A DNA stretch of 54,717 bases from Pseudomonadota bacterium (GTDB lineage Bacteria > UBA10199 > 2-02-FULL-44-16 > JAAZCA01), in the NCBI GenBank assembly GCA_016927275.1, contig JAFGMW010000064.1, positions 1-54,717 on the forward strand. The letters run 5' to 3'. Below the pieces are notes generated by a model that made no database searches, was not told the DNA's origin, and was given only the letters and a program-made list of their open reading frames with translations. A program made the translations under genes and the position numbers. Position 1 is the first letter of the stretch, and each line of letters starts with the position of its first letter. Below are positions 45,469-54,570 of the stretch, in pieces.

Positions 45469-47382
45469 ATGAAGGAGTTCACGCCCTATGTCGGCGCCGA
45501 TTCGGGCCTCAAGGACTTCTCCATAAAGGCCGTGATCGTGGGCGCCGTCTTCGGCATCGTGTTCGGGACCGCCAACGCCTACCTGGGCCTCAGGGTCGGG
45601 CTCACCATATCGACCTCGATACCGCTCGCGGTCATCGCGGTCGCCTTCTTCCGGGTGACGAAGGGGCTCTGGGGCAAGACCGGGATACTCGAGACCAACA
45701 TCGCCCAGACCACAGGCTCCGCAGCGTCGTCTCTCGCATCGGGCGTCATCTTCACGATCCCGGCCCTGTTCCTGTGGGGATTCTCGCCCTCCATCGCGCA
45801 GATCGGCACGCTGGCCCTGCTCGGCGGCGTGCTGGGCGTTCTCTTCATGATACCGCTCCGCCGCTTCCTCATAGTCAAGGAGCACGGCCACCTGCCTTAC
45901 CCGGAGGGGACCGCATCGGCGCAGGTGCTCATCGCCGCCGACGCGGGGGGCACCAGGGCCAGAAACGTGTTCCTGGGCATGGGGATCGGCGCCGCGTACA
46001 AGGCGGTGCTCGGGTTCCTCAAGGCCCTGCCGGCGCACGTCTCCGTCGGCCTTCCGCTTCTCCCCAAGGCGGAGATCGGCCTTGAGACGTCGCCCGCACT
46101 CATGGGGGTGGGGTTCATACTCAACTACAGGATAGCGGCGATCATGGTGGCCGGGGGGTTGCTCTCCTGGCTCGTGCTCATCCCGCTGATCGCCATGTTC
46201 GGCCAGGGGCTGGCGCAGCCTTTCTTCCCCGAGGCGATAAAGCCGATCGCCGATATGAGCGCCGACGAGATCTGGACCCGCTACATAAGATACATCGGGG
46301 CCGGGGCCGTGGCGTTCGCGGGCATACTCACGGTCATCAAGTCCGTCCCCACGATGTACGGCTCCCTCAAGGTGGGGCTCCACGAGCTCACCAGGCGCGC
46401 CTCGGGCGCCGGCGATCGGGCCCGCACCGACCGCGACCTCCCGATGGCCGTGGTCTTCGGCGGCGCCCTGCTCATCATAGCCATGATCGCGATCCTTCCG
46501 CACGCGATAGGCGAGGGCGGATCGATCGAGATGCGCGTGCTGGGCGCCCTGTGCATCGGCGCCTTCGCGTTCCTCTTCGTCACCGTGAGCTCGAGGATCG
46601 TCGGCATGGTGGGGGTCACCTCCAACCCCACCTCCGGGATGACCATAGTCGCGCTGCTGGGCACGTCGTTTCTCTTCTACCTGCTCGGATGGACCGACGA
46701 CTTCGGCAAGGCGGCTGCGCTCACGGTGGGGACTGTGGTGGCGGTCGCCGCGTCCATGGCGGGCGACATATCGCAGGACTTGAAGACCGGCTACCTCATA
46801 GGCGCGACGCCGGCGCGCCAGCAGGGGGCGGAGATCGTGGGCGCGATCGTCCCGGCGTTCTTCATCGCCGCGGCGGTCTGGCTGCTCGGCGAGGCATTCA
46901 CGTTCGGCTCAGCTGAGCTGCCCGCCCCGCAGGCCACCCTCATGAAGACCGTGATCGAGGGGGTGCTCAGGGCCGACCTGCCCTGGGGGCTCGTCTTCGT
47001 GGGCGCGGCGATCTCGCTCGTCGCGCAGCTGATGGGGCTGAGGCCCCTGGCGTTCGCGGTCGGGATATACCTGCCGCTTTCGACCATGACCCCCGTGTTC
47101 GTGGGCGGCGTGCTGCGATGGCTGCTGGAGAACACCTTCTGCCGCAGCGAGCAGGAGACCGAGAAGCGCCGCGACCAGGGGATACTCTTCGGCTCGGGCC
47201 TCATCGCGGGCGAGGGTATCACCGGCGTGCTGATCGCATTCTACGCCTTCTTCCTCGGAAAGCCCGCCGGCATCGGCTTTGCGTGGCCGGGGCACTGGGG
47301 CGAGGTCGCATCGTTCGCCCTCTTCGCTGCGCTGGGATTTTATATGCTGCGCGTCGCCCACAGGAAGGGGCGCGTTATCTGA
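45469..47382 (+). CDS. OPT family oligopeptide transporter
   Basis: ANAYLGLRVG, ETNIAQT, LPYPEG.A.A.VL, SNPTSGMTI, DLKTG…GATP..QQ, APQA.LM. Confidence 0.93.
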   Translation: MKEFTPYVGADSGLKDFSIKAVIVGAVFGIVFGTANAYLGLRVGLTISTSIPLAVIAVAFFRVTKGLWGKTGILETNIAQTTGSAASSLASGVIFTIPALFLWGFSPSIAQIGTLALLGGVLGVLFMIPLRRFLIVKEHGHLPYPEGTASAQVLIAADAGGTRARNVFLGMGIGAAYKAVLGFLKALPAHVSVGLPLLPKAEIGLETSPALMGVGFILNYRIAAIMVAGGLLSWLVLIPLIAMFGQGLAQPFFPEAIKPIADMSADEIWTRYIRYIGAGAVAFAGILTVIKSVPTMYGSLKVGLHELTRRASGAGDRARTDRDLPMAVVFGGALLIIAMIAILPHAIGEGGSIEMRVLGALCIGAFAFLFVTVSSRIVGMVGVTSNPTSGMTIVALLGTSFLFYLLGWTDDFGKAAALTVGTVVAVAASMAGDISQDLKTGYLIGATPARQQGAEIVGAIVPAFFIAAAVWLLGEAFTFGSAELPAPQATLMKTVIEGVLRADLPWGLVFVGAAISLVAQLMGLRPLAFAVGIYLPLSTMTPVFVGGVLRWLLENTFCRSEQETEKRRDQGILFGSGLIAGEGITGVLIAFYAFFLGKPAGIGFAWPGHWGEVASFALFAALGFYMLRVAHRKGRVI

Positions 47383-47399
47383 AAACAGGAGGTGTGAGG

Positions 47400-47831
47400 A
47401 TGAAGATATCTGCAGTGGTGGCCGTTATTGCGGTGCTGGCCGCGGCGTCGGTCGCGGCGGTCTCTTTCGCAAAGGAGGATGTCGTGAGGATGAAGAGCGG
47501 ACTGGTGTACAAGGACGTGAAGGTGGGCACGGGGGCCGAGGCGAAGGCCATGCAGAAGGTCACGGTGGACTACACCGGCTGGATCGACGAGGGGGACAAG
47601 AAGGGCAAGAAGTTCGACAGCTCCCTCGACCGCGGCGAGGCGTTCACGTTCACGTTGGGAGCGGGCGAGGTGATCAGGGGATGGGACGAGGGGGTCGCCG
47701 GCATGAGGGTGGGCGGCAAGCGCACGCTCATGATCCCGGCCGAGCTCGGCTACGGGGCGCGAGGGGCCGGCTCTGCGATCCCGCCGAACTCCGACCTCAT
47801 CTTCGACGTGGAGCTGCACGGCGTGAAGTGA
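47400..47831 (+). CDS. Exported FKBP-type peptidyl-prolyl isomerase
   Basis: Signal peptide; VDYTGW, KFDSS.DRG, VIRGWDEG, LGYG.RG, IPPNS.L.FDVEL. Confidence 0.95.
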   Translation: MKISAVVAVIAVLAAASVAAVSFAKEDVVRMKSGLVYKDVKVGTGAEAKAMQKVTVDYTGWIDEGDKKGKKFDSSLDRGEAFTFTLGAGEVIRGWDEGVAGMRVGGKRTLMIPAELGYGARGAGSAIPPNSDLIFDVELHGVK

Positions 47832-47853
47832 GGGCTGAGAGTCCTGCGCAAAT

Positions 47854-47884
47854 AAAAAGCCCGGGGTCGCCCCCGGGCTTTTTT
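47854..47884. terminator. Bidirectional Rho-independent terminator
   Basis: AAAAAGCCCGGGG-TCGC-CCCCGGGCTTTTT between convergent genes. Confidence 0.9.
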
Positions 47885-47900
47885 CAAGCCTGTCCCGTCG

Positions 47901-48542
47901 TCACTTCACGAATCTGGCCGAGGCGATGCTGGCGTCGCAGAACGGCTTCAGCTCCCGGTTGAATTCGGTCATGGACTCCCCTTTGTCCTTGCTCTTGGAG
48001 CGCATGGTGCAGTCGAAGGTGTAGGTGTAGTTCTTGCCGCCGCGGTTGCGCAGCATGGTCAGCGTGGTGTTGTAGCGCCACCTCTTCTTCTCCTCGCAGC
48101 GGGTCGTCGTGTAGGGCACGCTCGCACCGGCCCACTTCTTGTTGCCGCGGGCGATCACCTCGCAGTTCGTCTCCTTGTCCCTCGATGCCTTCTCGGCCTT
48201 CGCCTTCGGCCTGTCCGCCGGGGCCTTGCCCTTCTTGACCTTGGGCACCTCCATCATCATGAGGTGCATCTGCGGGTCGGGGCCCATGTCGCCGGGGCTG
48301 CACCTCTTGCTGCCGAAGCAGGCCGAGGCCATAAGCGGCATCTCGACGCCCATGCCCCTCATCATGGCAGCCTCGGCGGAGTTGAGCTCCGCCTTGGCCG
48401 ACTCCTCCTTCGCCTTCCAGTTATCGGGGTAGGTGCAGGAGTACTTGAACTGCCCGTTGGTGTAACTCTGGCCTGCAAAGGCCGGTGCGGCGAGTGCTGC
48501 GACGAGCGCTGCTGCGAAGATCGATGCGACGATTGCCTTCAT
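47901..48542 (-). CDS. Secreted Cys-containing hypothetical protein
   Basis: AAGGAGG SD, signal peptide (…APAFA-GQ), YSCTYPDNW motif. Confidence 0.75.
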   Translation of the reverse strand: MKAIVASIFAAALVAALAAPAFAGQSYTNGQFKYSCTYPDNWKAKEESAKAELNSAEAAMMRGMGVEMPLMASACFGSKRCSPGDMGPDPQMHLMMMEVPKVKKGKAPADRPKAKAEKASRDKETNCEVIARGNKKWAGASVPYTTTRCEEKKRWRYNTTLTMLRNRGGKNYTYTFDCTMRSKSKDKGESMTEFNRELKPFCDASIASARFVK

Positions 48543-48706
48543 GGACCCTCCTTTTCTGTTGTGCAGCCCTTTTCGTCTGTAATCGCGGATTTGTCAACGC
48601 CCTGCGCCGATTTTCCGGCGCGGGGCAGGGGAGGCCGGGGCATGCGCGGAAATGGACTTTTGAGTGGAGATGTGGGCATAAAGGCAGTCGATCCATGGCA
48701 AACCCG

Positions 48707-49882
48707 ATGGAAAAGGAACGATATAAGCTGTTGATCCTGGTCGCGGCCTTTCTCGCCTGCTGGTTTCTGCCGGTGGGGTGGGCGCGCTTCGATGCCTCGA
48801 TCATAGAGGCCCTGGCGCTGGTGAAATGGTATGCGCGCGAGCATGTCATCCTGTGTCTCATCCCCGCATTCTTCATAGCCGGCGCCATCTCCGCCTTTGT
48901 GAGCCGCGCATCGGTGGTGAAATACCTCGGCGCAAAGGCGAACAAGCTTCTGGCCTACTCCGTCGCCTCGGTTTCCGGCACCATCCTCGCCGTCTGCTCC
49001 TGCACCGTGCTGCCGCTGTTCATGGGCATCTACAGGCGCGGAGCTGGGCTGGGGCCCGCGGTCGCCTTCCTCTACTCGGGACCTGCGATCAATGTGCTCG
49101 CGATCATCCTCACGGCGCGCGTGTTGGGACTCGAGCTCGGCGTTGCGAGGGCGATCGGCGCGGTCCTCTTCGGCGTGGTCATCGGCATCCTCATGCACCT
49201 TATCTTCCTGAAGGAGGAGCGCTCACGCCACGAGGAGGGGGGACTCCCCGTCGGCCTCGAGGGGGGCCTCAGGCCGCTGTGGCAGGAGGGCCTGTTCTTT
49301 GCATCGATGGTCGCTTTTCTCGTCTTCGCGAACTGGGGGAGGCCGCAGGGCGAGGGCGCGGGAGCGTGGCAGGCGATCTTTGCGCTGAAGTGGTATCTGG
49401 CTGCGGCCTCGCTGGTCGCGCTCGCGCTTTCGCTGGCAAGCTGGTTTCGGCGGGAGGAGCTGGTCGGATGGGCGATGCTCTCGTGGAACTTCGCGAAGCA
49501 GATACTCCCGCTCTTGCTCGTGGGCGTGGCGGTCTCCGGCCTCCTGCTCGGAAGGCCCGGCCACGAGGGGCTGATACCTTCGCGTTTCATAGAGGGGCTC
49601 CTCGGGGGGAACTCGCTGCGCGCCAATGCCATCGCATCGGTCGCCGGCGCGTTCATGTACTTCGCAACGCTCACCGAGGTGCCGATCCTGCAGGGGCTCA
49701 TCGGCAGCGGCATGGGCAAGGGGCCGGCGCTTGCGCTGCTCCTCGCCGGACCGGCGCTGTCGCTGCCGAGCATGCTCGTGATACGCAGCGTAATGGGAAC
49801 GAAGAGGACCGCGGTCTACGTCCTGCTCGTGGTCCTCATGGCTACCGGGAGCGGCATGCTCTACGGGCATCTCTTCGGATGA
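48707..49882 (+). CDS. DUF318-family permease (ArsP-like)
   Basis: LAVCSCTVLP, FLYSGPAINV, MYFATLTEVP, GPALSLPSM; overlaps arsC by 4 nt. Start could be 48695. Confidence 0.88.
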   Translation: MEKERYKLLILVAAFLACWFLPVGWARFDASIIEALALVKWYAREHVILCLIPAFFIAGAISAFVSRASVVKYLGAKANKLLAYSVASVSGTILAVCSCTVLPLFMGIYRRGAGLGPAVAFLYSGPAINVLAIILTARVLGLELGVARAIGAVLFGVVIGILMHLIFLKEERSRHEEGGLPVGLEGGLRPLWQEGLFFASMVAFLVFANWGRPQGEGAGAWQAIFALKWYLAAASLVALALSLASWFRREELVGWAMLSWNFAKQILPLLLVGVAVSGLLLGRPGHEGLIPSRFIEGLLGGNSLRANAIASVAGAFMYFATLTEVPILQGLIGSGMGKGPALALLLAGPALSLPSMLVIRSVMGTKRTAVYVLLVVLMATGSGMLYGHLFG

Positions 49883-50301
49883 AGAATATCAAAAGAATAC
49901 TGTTTCTCTGCACCGGGAACGCCTGCCGCAGCCAGATGGCCGAGGGCTGGGCGCGGCGCCTCTTCGGCGATTCGGTCGAGCCGTATTCGGCGGGGATAGT
50001 TGCTGCAGGGCTCGACCCGCGCGCCGTCAAGGTCATGGCCGAGGCGGGCATGGACATCTCGGGACATCGTTCGAAGACGCTCGATGAGCTCGGAGATATT
50101 TCGTTTGACCTCGTCGTCACTCTCTGCGACCGGGCGCGCGAGTCCTGTCCGGTCTTTCCTGGAGGCGTAAAAAAAATACACCGCTCTTTCGACGATCCCC
50201 CGACGTTTGCCCAAGGCGCGCAGGGCGAGGAGGAGGCGTTGTCGCATTACCGCCGGGTGCGGGACGAGATCAGGGCGTTCTTACAGGGGTTCAAAGTTTG
50301 A
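49879..50301 (+). CDS. arsC: Arsenate reductase (thioredoxin-coupled, LMW-PTP fold)
   Basis: LFLCTGNACRSQMAEG, VTLCD…CPVFP, FDDP, RRVRDEI. Confidence 0.9.
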   Translation: MKNIKRILFLCTGNACRSQMAEGWARRLFGDSVEPYSAGIVAAGLDPRAVKVMAEAGMDISGHRSKTLDELGDISFDLVVTLCDRARESCPVFPGGVKKIHRSFDDPPTFAQGAQGEEEALSHYRRVRDEIRAFLQGFKV

Positions 50302-50410
50302 TCTCCCCGCGCTGTGAGGCGGCAGGATTTGCATTTCCCTTATTTATCTTGTTGATATTTCTTTTCGCGCAATTAATATCCCCGGCAACGATCGGACAAA
50401 GGGGGTTCAA

Positions 50411-50932
50411 ATGAACATCTCCGCCAGGCATGCATTCGTTGCATTGATCGGATCGGTATTCGTGTTTGCGCTTACCGGATGTTTCTCCAGCAGCGGCGGC
50501 GGCGGGGTTGTATACGATCCCACCTGGATCAACGCCTCGTGGTCAGGCGGCGCCAAGGGCGATCCCACCGACCGCACGGACATAGAGGCGGAGAATTGGA
50601 AGGGGGACATATGCCCCGCGTCTTCGCTCGCCATAACTAACCACAGCGGCGGATTTGCAGGGCTCTGCTTTGTGAACAACTGCACCATCATGATGAACCT
50701 CAATATCTGCCGGACAAAAGGGACGCCCGCTCAGCCCGATTTGGGGCTGCAGAACTACGAATGCGCCACCGATCCCCTGGAGACCCCTTCTTCGAGGCTG
50801 TACATCGTGCCCCTGAACCCCGGCGCGGACGGCTTCTGCATAAACGCCACCGAAGACATCTCCATCAACGTCTTCTATTGCAGCGACGAGCAGATGCTCG
50901 ATCTGCTCTCCTCTCCCTTAAGCTGCATCTGA
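50411..50932 (+). CDS. Cys-rich lipoprotein, unknown function
   Basis: Lipobox ALTG-C; eight further Cys. Confidence 0.7.
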   Translation: MNISARHAFVALIGSVFVFALTGCFSSSGGGGVVYDPTWINASWSGGAKGDPTDRTDIEAENWKGDICPASSLAITNHSGGFAGLCFVNNCTIMMNLNICRTKGTPAQPDLGLQNYECATDPLETPSSRLYIVPLNPGADGFCINATEDISINVFYCSDEQMLDLLSSPLSCI

Positions 50933-51114
50933 TGTCAGCGGCCCTTCGGCGCTGAAGGCGCCCAGCAAAGACTCCGCGCGCCGCTTTCAGCGCAAAAGAG
51001 GTGTCGTCGTCCGGTCCGGAGCCCGGACGTTTGTCTGGTGCCGGAATTCGTTTGAGTTATATCCGGCGATGCACTATCGGGTGCCGGTGGCATGACCGCA
51101 AGGATCGAAAGGAT

Positions 51115-52734
51115 ATGGAAGAGACCCGGACCATAAGGGAGATAGAGCGCCGAAAGACCTTCGCCATCATCTCCCACCCCGACGCCGGCAAGACCACGGT
51201 GACCGAGAAGCTCCTGCTCTTCGGCAACGCCATCCAGATGGCCGGGACCGTCAAGGCGAGGAGGGCGGAGCAGTTCGCCACGTCCGACTGGATGGAGATC
51301 GAGAAGCAGCGCGGCATCTCGGTCACCTCCTCGGTCATGCAGTTCTCCTACGCGGGCCGCGAGATCAACCTGCTGGACACGCCGGGGCACGCCGACTTCA
51401 GCGAGGACACCTACCGCGTGCTGACCGCGGTCGACAGCGCGCTCATGGTCATAGACTCGGCGAAGGGCATCGAGAGCCAGACCAGGAAGCTCTTTCAGGT
51501 CTGCCGCGACCGCCGCATGCCGATCATGACCCTCATGAACAAGATGGACCGCGAGGGGCGCGATCCGTTCGAGCTCATCGACGAGCTGGAAAGCCTCCTC
51601 CACCTCAGGTGCGCGGTGATGACCTGGCCCATCGGCCAGGGGCGCGATTTCAAGGGGGTCTACGATCTCGTCCACGGCCGCATAAGGCTCTTCATGCCCG
51701 GCATGAAGCTGCGCGTCGACGACGAGGCGATCGAGTGCATAGACGAGCTGGAGAGCCCGAGGCTGGCGGAGGCCGTGGGGGAGGGGCACATCGCGAAGCT
51801 CAGGGAGGATCTGGAGCTGATCGAAGGGGCCGGCCACGGATTCGACCGCGAGGGCTACATGTCCGGGAGGCTCTCGCCCGTATTCTTCGGCTCGGCGATA
51901 AATAACTTCGGCATCCGGGAGCTCCTCGACGCATTTACAGAGTTCGCGCCATCCCCCCTGCCGCGCCCGGCCGAGGAGAGGACGGTCGATCCGCACGAGA
52001 CCGCCTTCACCGGGCTCGTGTTCAAGATACAGGCCAACATGGATCCCAGGCACCGCGACCGCGTGGCGTTCCTCAGGATATGCTCGGGCGAATTCGTGCA
52101 GGGGATGAGCGCCTATCACGTCCGCTCGGCGAGGGAGTTCCGGATAAAGAACGCGCTCCAGTTCATGTCGCAGAGGCGCAGCAACGTCGACCGCGCCTAC
52201 GCCGGGGACATCATAGGCATCCACGACCGCGGGACCCTGATGATAGGCGACTCGATAACGGCCGGCGAGAGGCTCACCTTCACCGGCATACCGCGTTTCT
52301 CCCCCGACCGCTTCAGCCTCGTCACGCTCAAGAATCCGATCAAGGTCAAGCAGCTCAACAAGGGGCTCGAGCAGCTCGCCGAGGAGGGGAGCTCCCAGCT
52401 CTTCCGTCGCAGGCACAACTCCGACACGATCATCGGGGTGGTGGGGCAGCTCCAGTTCGAGGTGGTGAAGTTCAGGCTGCTCCACGAGTACGGCGCCGAG
52501 GCCCTCTTTCACCCGATGCCCTACACCTACTCGCGCTGGTACCGGTCCGCAAACAGGAAGAAGCAGGAGGAGTTCGAGAGCTACTACCGCGCGCACATCG
52601 TCCACGACGTTAGGGACTATCCGATGATGCTCTTCAAGAACGAGTGGGAGCTGGGCTACATACAGGAAAAACACCCCGACATATCTTTCCACTCGAGCCT
52701 CATGAACTACGAGCAGGACGCGGCGGAGGCGTGA
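51115..52734 (+). CDS. prfC: Peptide chain release factor 3
   Basis: RKTFAIISHPDAGKTT, SDWMEIEKQRGISVTSS, LLDTPGH.DFSEDTYR, FKIQANMDP.HRDR. Confidence 0.97.
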   Translation: MEETRTIREIERRKTFAIISHPDAGKTTVTEKLLLFGNAIQMAGTVKARRAEQFATSDWMEIEKQRGISVTSSVMQFSYAGREINLLDTPGHADFSEDTYRVLTAVDSALMVIDSAKGIESQTRKLFQVCRDRRMPIMTLMNKMDREGRDPFELIDELESLLHLRCAVMTWPIGQGRDFKGVYDLVHGRIRLFMPGMKLRVDDEAIECIDELESPRLAEAVGEGHIAKLREDLELIEGAGHGFDREGYMSGRLSPVFFGSAINNFGIRELLDAFTEFAPSPLPRPAEERTVDPHETAFTGLVFKIQANMDPRHRDRVAFLRICSGEFVQGMSAYHVRSAREFRIKNALQFMSQRRSNVDRAYAGDIIGIHDRGTLMIGDSITAGERLTFTGIPRFSPDRFSLVTLKNPIKVKQLNKGLEQLAEEGSSQLFRRRHNSDTIIGVVGQLQFEVVKFRLLHEYGAEALFHPMPYTYSRWYRSANRKKQEEFESYYRAHIVHDVRDYPMMLFKNEWELGYIQEKHPDISFHSSLMNYEQDAAEA

Positions 52735-52864
52735 CGAGGGGCTTCGCAGTGGCCCGTGCGCTGCAACATCCCTTGCTCCGTCTGATGGTATTTTTGACCC
52801 GAGCTTGCCCGCCGGAGCTTCTTGTCGCGCCGGGGCCTTTGCGGAGGAGGATAGCGAAGGCGGG

Positions 52865-52891
52865 TGGGCCCAAAATTGGGCCCAAGATTGG
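52865..52891 (+). repeat. 12-bp tandem direct repeat containing the TGGGCCCA palindrome
   Basis: TGGGCCCAAAAT-TGGGCCCAAGAT-TGG at the boundary of the AT-richer insert. Confidence 0.7.
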
Positions 52892-52906
52892 CATCACGCT
52901 GGGAAA

Positions 52907-53374
52907 CTATAAATCGCCTGTGCGTATCAGGACGGAGCCGTCAGGTTCCAACCGATCCGTGAGATACTTGCGGCGAGCCTCGTGCTCTATGCTCTCGCGA
53001 TTAGCTCTGAATATCTTGAGCGGGTCCTTGTCGCCGCCGCCGAAATGATCTTCAATCGCCTCCTGGCTGACGGCGCACTGTACGATCTTTTCCCCGTCCT
53101 TGCCCCAAAACGCCACGACATCGCGATCGAAATCATATCTCTCCTTCGGCTCGGGGAATATGAGATGTCGATCGTCTATCATGCCCAGCACGGTGAGGAT
53201 GTTTATGACGGACGAGAGCTGCAAGTCCCTCTCGCCGCCCTCAAATCGGGAGACGGTCGGGGTGCTCACTCCGGCCAGGTCTGCCAGCCTTTTCTGGGTC
53301 AGCTTTTGCGCCTTGCGCCTCTGCCTCGCCTCTTCGACCAAAGCTCCCCAGTTAATTTGAAACTGCCGTTCCAT
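52907..53374 (-). CDS. XRE/HipB-like HTH protein fused to a DUF1488-like domain (putative antitoxin)
   Basis: RRKAQKLTQKRLADLAGVSTPTVSRFEGG HTH; C half VAFWGKDGEKIVQCAVSQEAIEDHF…FRANRESIE..A resembles DUF1488; GGAG SD inside hipA. Confidence 0.75.
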   Translation of the reverse strand: MERQFQINWGALVEEARQRRKAQKLTQKRLADLAGVSTPTVSRFEGGERDLQLSSVINILTVLGMIDDRHLIFPEPKERYDFDRDVVAFWGKDGEKIVQCAVSQEAIEDHFGGGDKDPLKIFRANRESIEHEARRKYLTDRLEPDGSVLIRTGDL

Positions 53375-54534
53375 CTCTTCTCCATTCTGTTTATCAATTC
53401 ATCGCGCAAACGTTTGGGGCCGACGTCCGATTTTGATACCTCCTCCTGTGCGGCGGGCAGGCGTTCACCGATCGTCTCCACCGCGGCGACGATGGCATCG
53501 ATCCTGACTCCAAAACCCCTGCCCATCTCCAGCAGGTGTTTCGATTTGAGCTTGCCGATGGCCAGGTTTTCGATGCCGGCCACGGAAAGGGCGATGGACT
53601 GGTACTCCTTGTAGAGCGCCGAGGCGACCAGGTCGTAGGATGGCGTCAGGCGAAGCCCGTCTCGCGTATGGAACATCGCGAAGTTTTTGAAGTGCGCATC
53701 CGTATTTCCCACGAGCAGCGCTGCCAGTATGCGCCGCAACAGGCGATCCGCCTCGGCGGGGATGCAGCCGGGTGTGTCCAGTATGAACCTTCCCATGTCT
53801 TCGTAGGCGCCCTCGTATTTTTCATCTCCCGAATGTCTGCCCAGCAGTTGATTGAACTCCTCGAAATGAATCCGCTTGGCCGTAGGAGTTCGATCGAAGC
53901 GCGGGATGATAATAGCCTGCTCCTTTATGGATGGGATGGTGACGATCTCCATGTCCACGACATCATCCCCCGGCAGGAGCTTGCGGACGGCCCGGGTGGT
54001 CAGATATTCGAGTTCGATTATATCGGCCAGATTGCCGGAGGGAAGTTTTGCGATATGCGTGCTCAGCTCTCCGGGCCCGACCGGGCGATAGTTTCTTCCA
54101 TCGGGGACTACAAGGAGCTTTCGCTGTATGCCGGAGAGGGACGCCCTTCCGAGCAGGGCCGCCAGTGTGGCCTCGTCGGTATGATCGAGGGTCTTATGTT
54201 CCTGCGCTTCAGGGTCGATGATGGAGACGGCGCCCGCGAGATCGAATCCGAAACCGAGGAGAAGCGCGAAGCGGTTGTTCGGGTTTACGCCTAGCGCCCT
54301 TGCCTGGGCACTCCTCAGCCACCCTTCGGCGACCAGGTTGTCGAAGAAGGGGGGCAGTCCGCTCTCAGAGACGTGCGGCTCGGGCCCAAGCGGAAGGGTA
54401 TGAGCGATCGCCGGCTGATCACCCTCGAGATAGGAGGCGTCGTAGGTGAACGCCACCCTGCCGCCGGGCTCCTCCTGAAGCCTTCCGGCGTAGATATCCC
54501 TGAAGTAGATCTTGCCCCATAGCGTCTTTGCCAT
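53299..54534 (-). CDS. hipA: HipA-family Ser/Thr kinase toxin with fused N-terminal (couple_hipA/HipS-like) domain
   Basis: N-terminal AGRL…FTYDASYL…LPPFFDNLVAEGW; Gly-loop SLSGIQRK; GNTDAHFKNF; LTPSYDL. Confidence 0.9.
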   Translation of the reverse strand: MAKTLWGKIYFRDIYAGRLQEEPGGRVAFTYDASYLEGDQPAIAHTLPLGPEPHVSESGLPPFFDNLVAEGWLRSAQARALGVNPNNRFALLLGFGFDLAGAVSIIDPEAQEHKTLDHTDEATLAALLGRASLSGIQRKLLVVPDGRNYRPVGPGELSTHIAKLPSGNLADIIELEYLTTRAVRKLLPGDDVVDMEIVTIPSIKEQAIIIPRFDRTPTAKRIHFEEFNQLLGRHSGDEKYEGAYEDMGRFILDTPGCIPAEADRLLRRILAALLVGNTDAHFKNFAMFHTRDGLRLTPSYDLVASALYKEYQSIALSVAGIENLAIGKLKSKHLLEMGRGFGVRIDAIVAAVETIGERLPAAQEEVSKSDVGPKRLRDELINRMEKRWNGSFKLTGELWSKRRGRGARRKS

Positions 54535-54541
54535 AAAACAT

Positions 54542-54570
54542 ACTTTATATTAGTCCAGTAATAAAGTCTA
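54542..54570 (-). promoter_or_regulatory. Sigma70-like promoter with overlapping inverted repeat (putative leaderless hipA transcript)
   Basis: Minus strand TAGACT-N17-TAAAGT with the ATG 7 nt after the -10 and no SD; ACTTTAT-N12-ATAAAGT (54542-54567) overlaps both boxes. Confidence 0.55.

Noticed and set aside
50320-50335. Sigma54 promoter before the Cys-rich lipoprotein
   Set aside because: GG-to-GC spacing is 11 or 8 nt, not the required 10.
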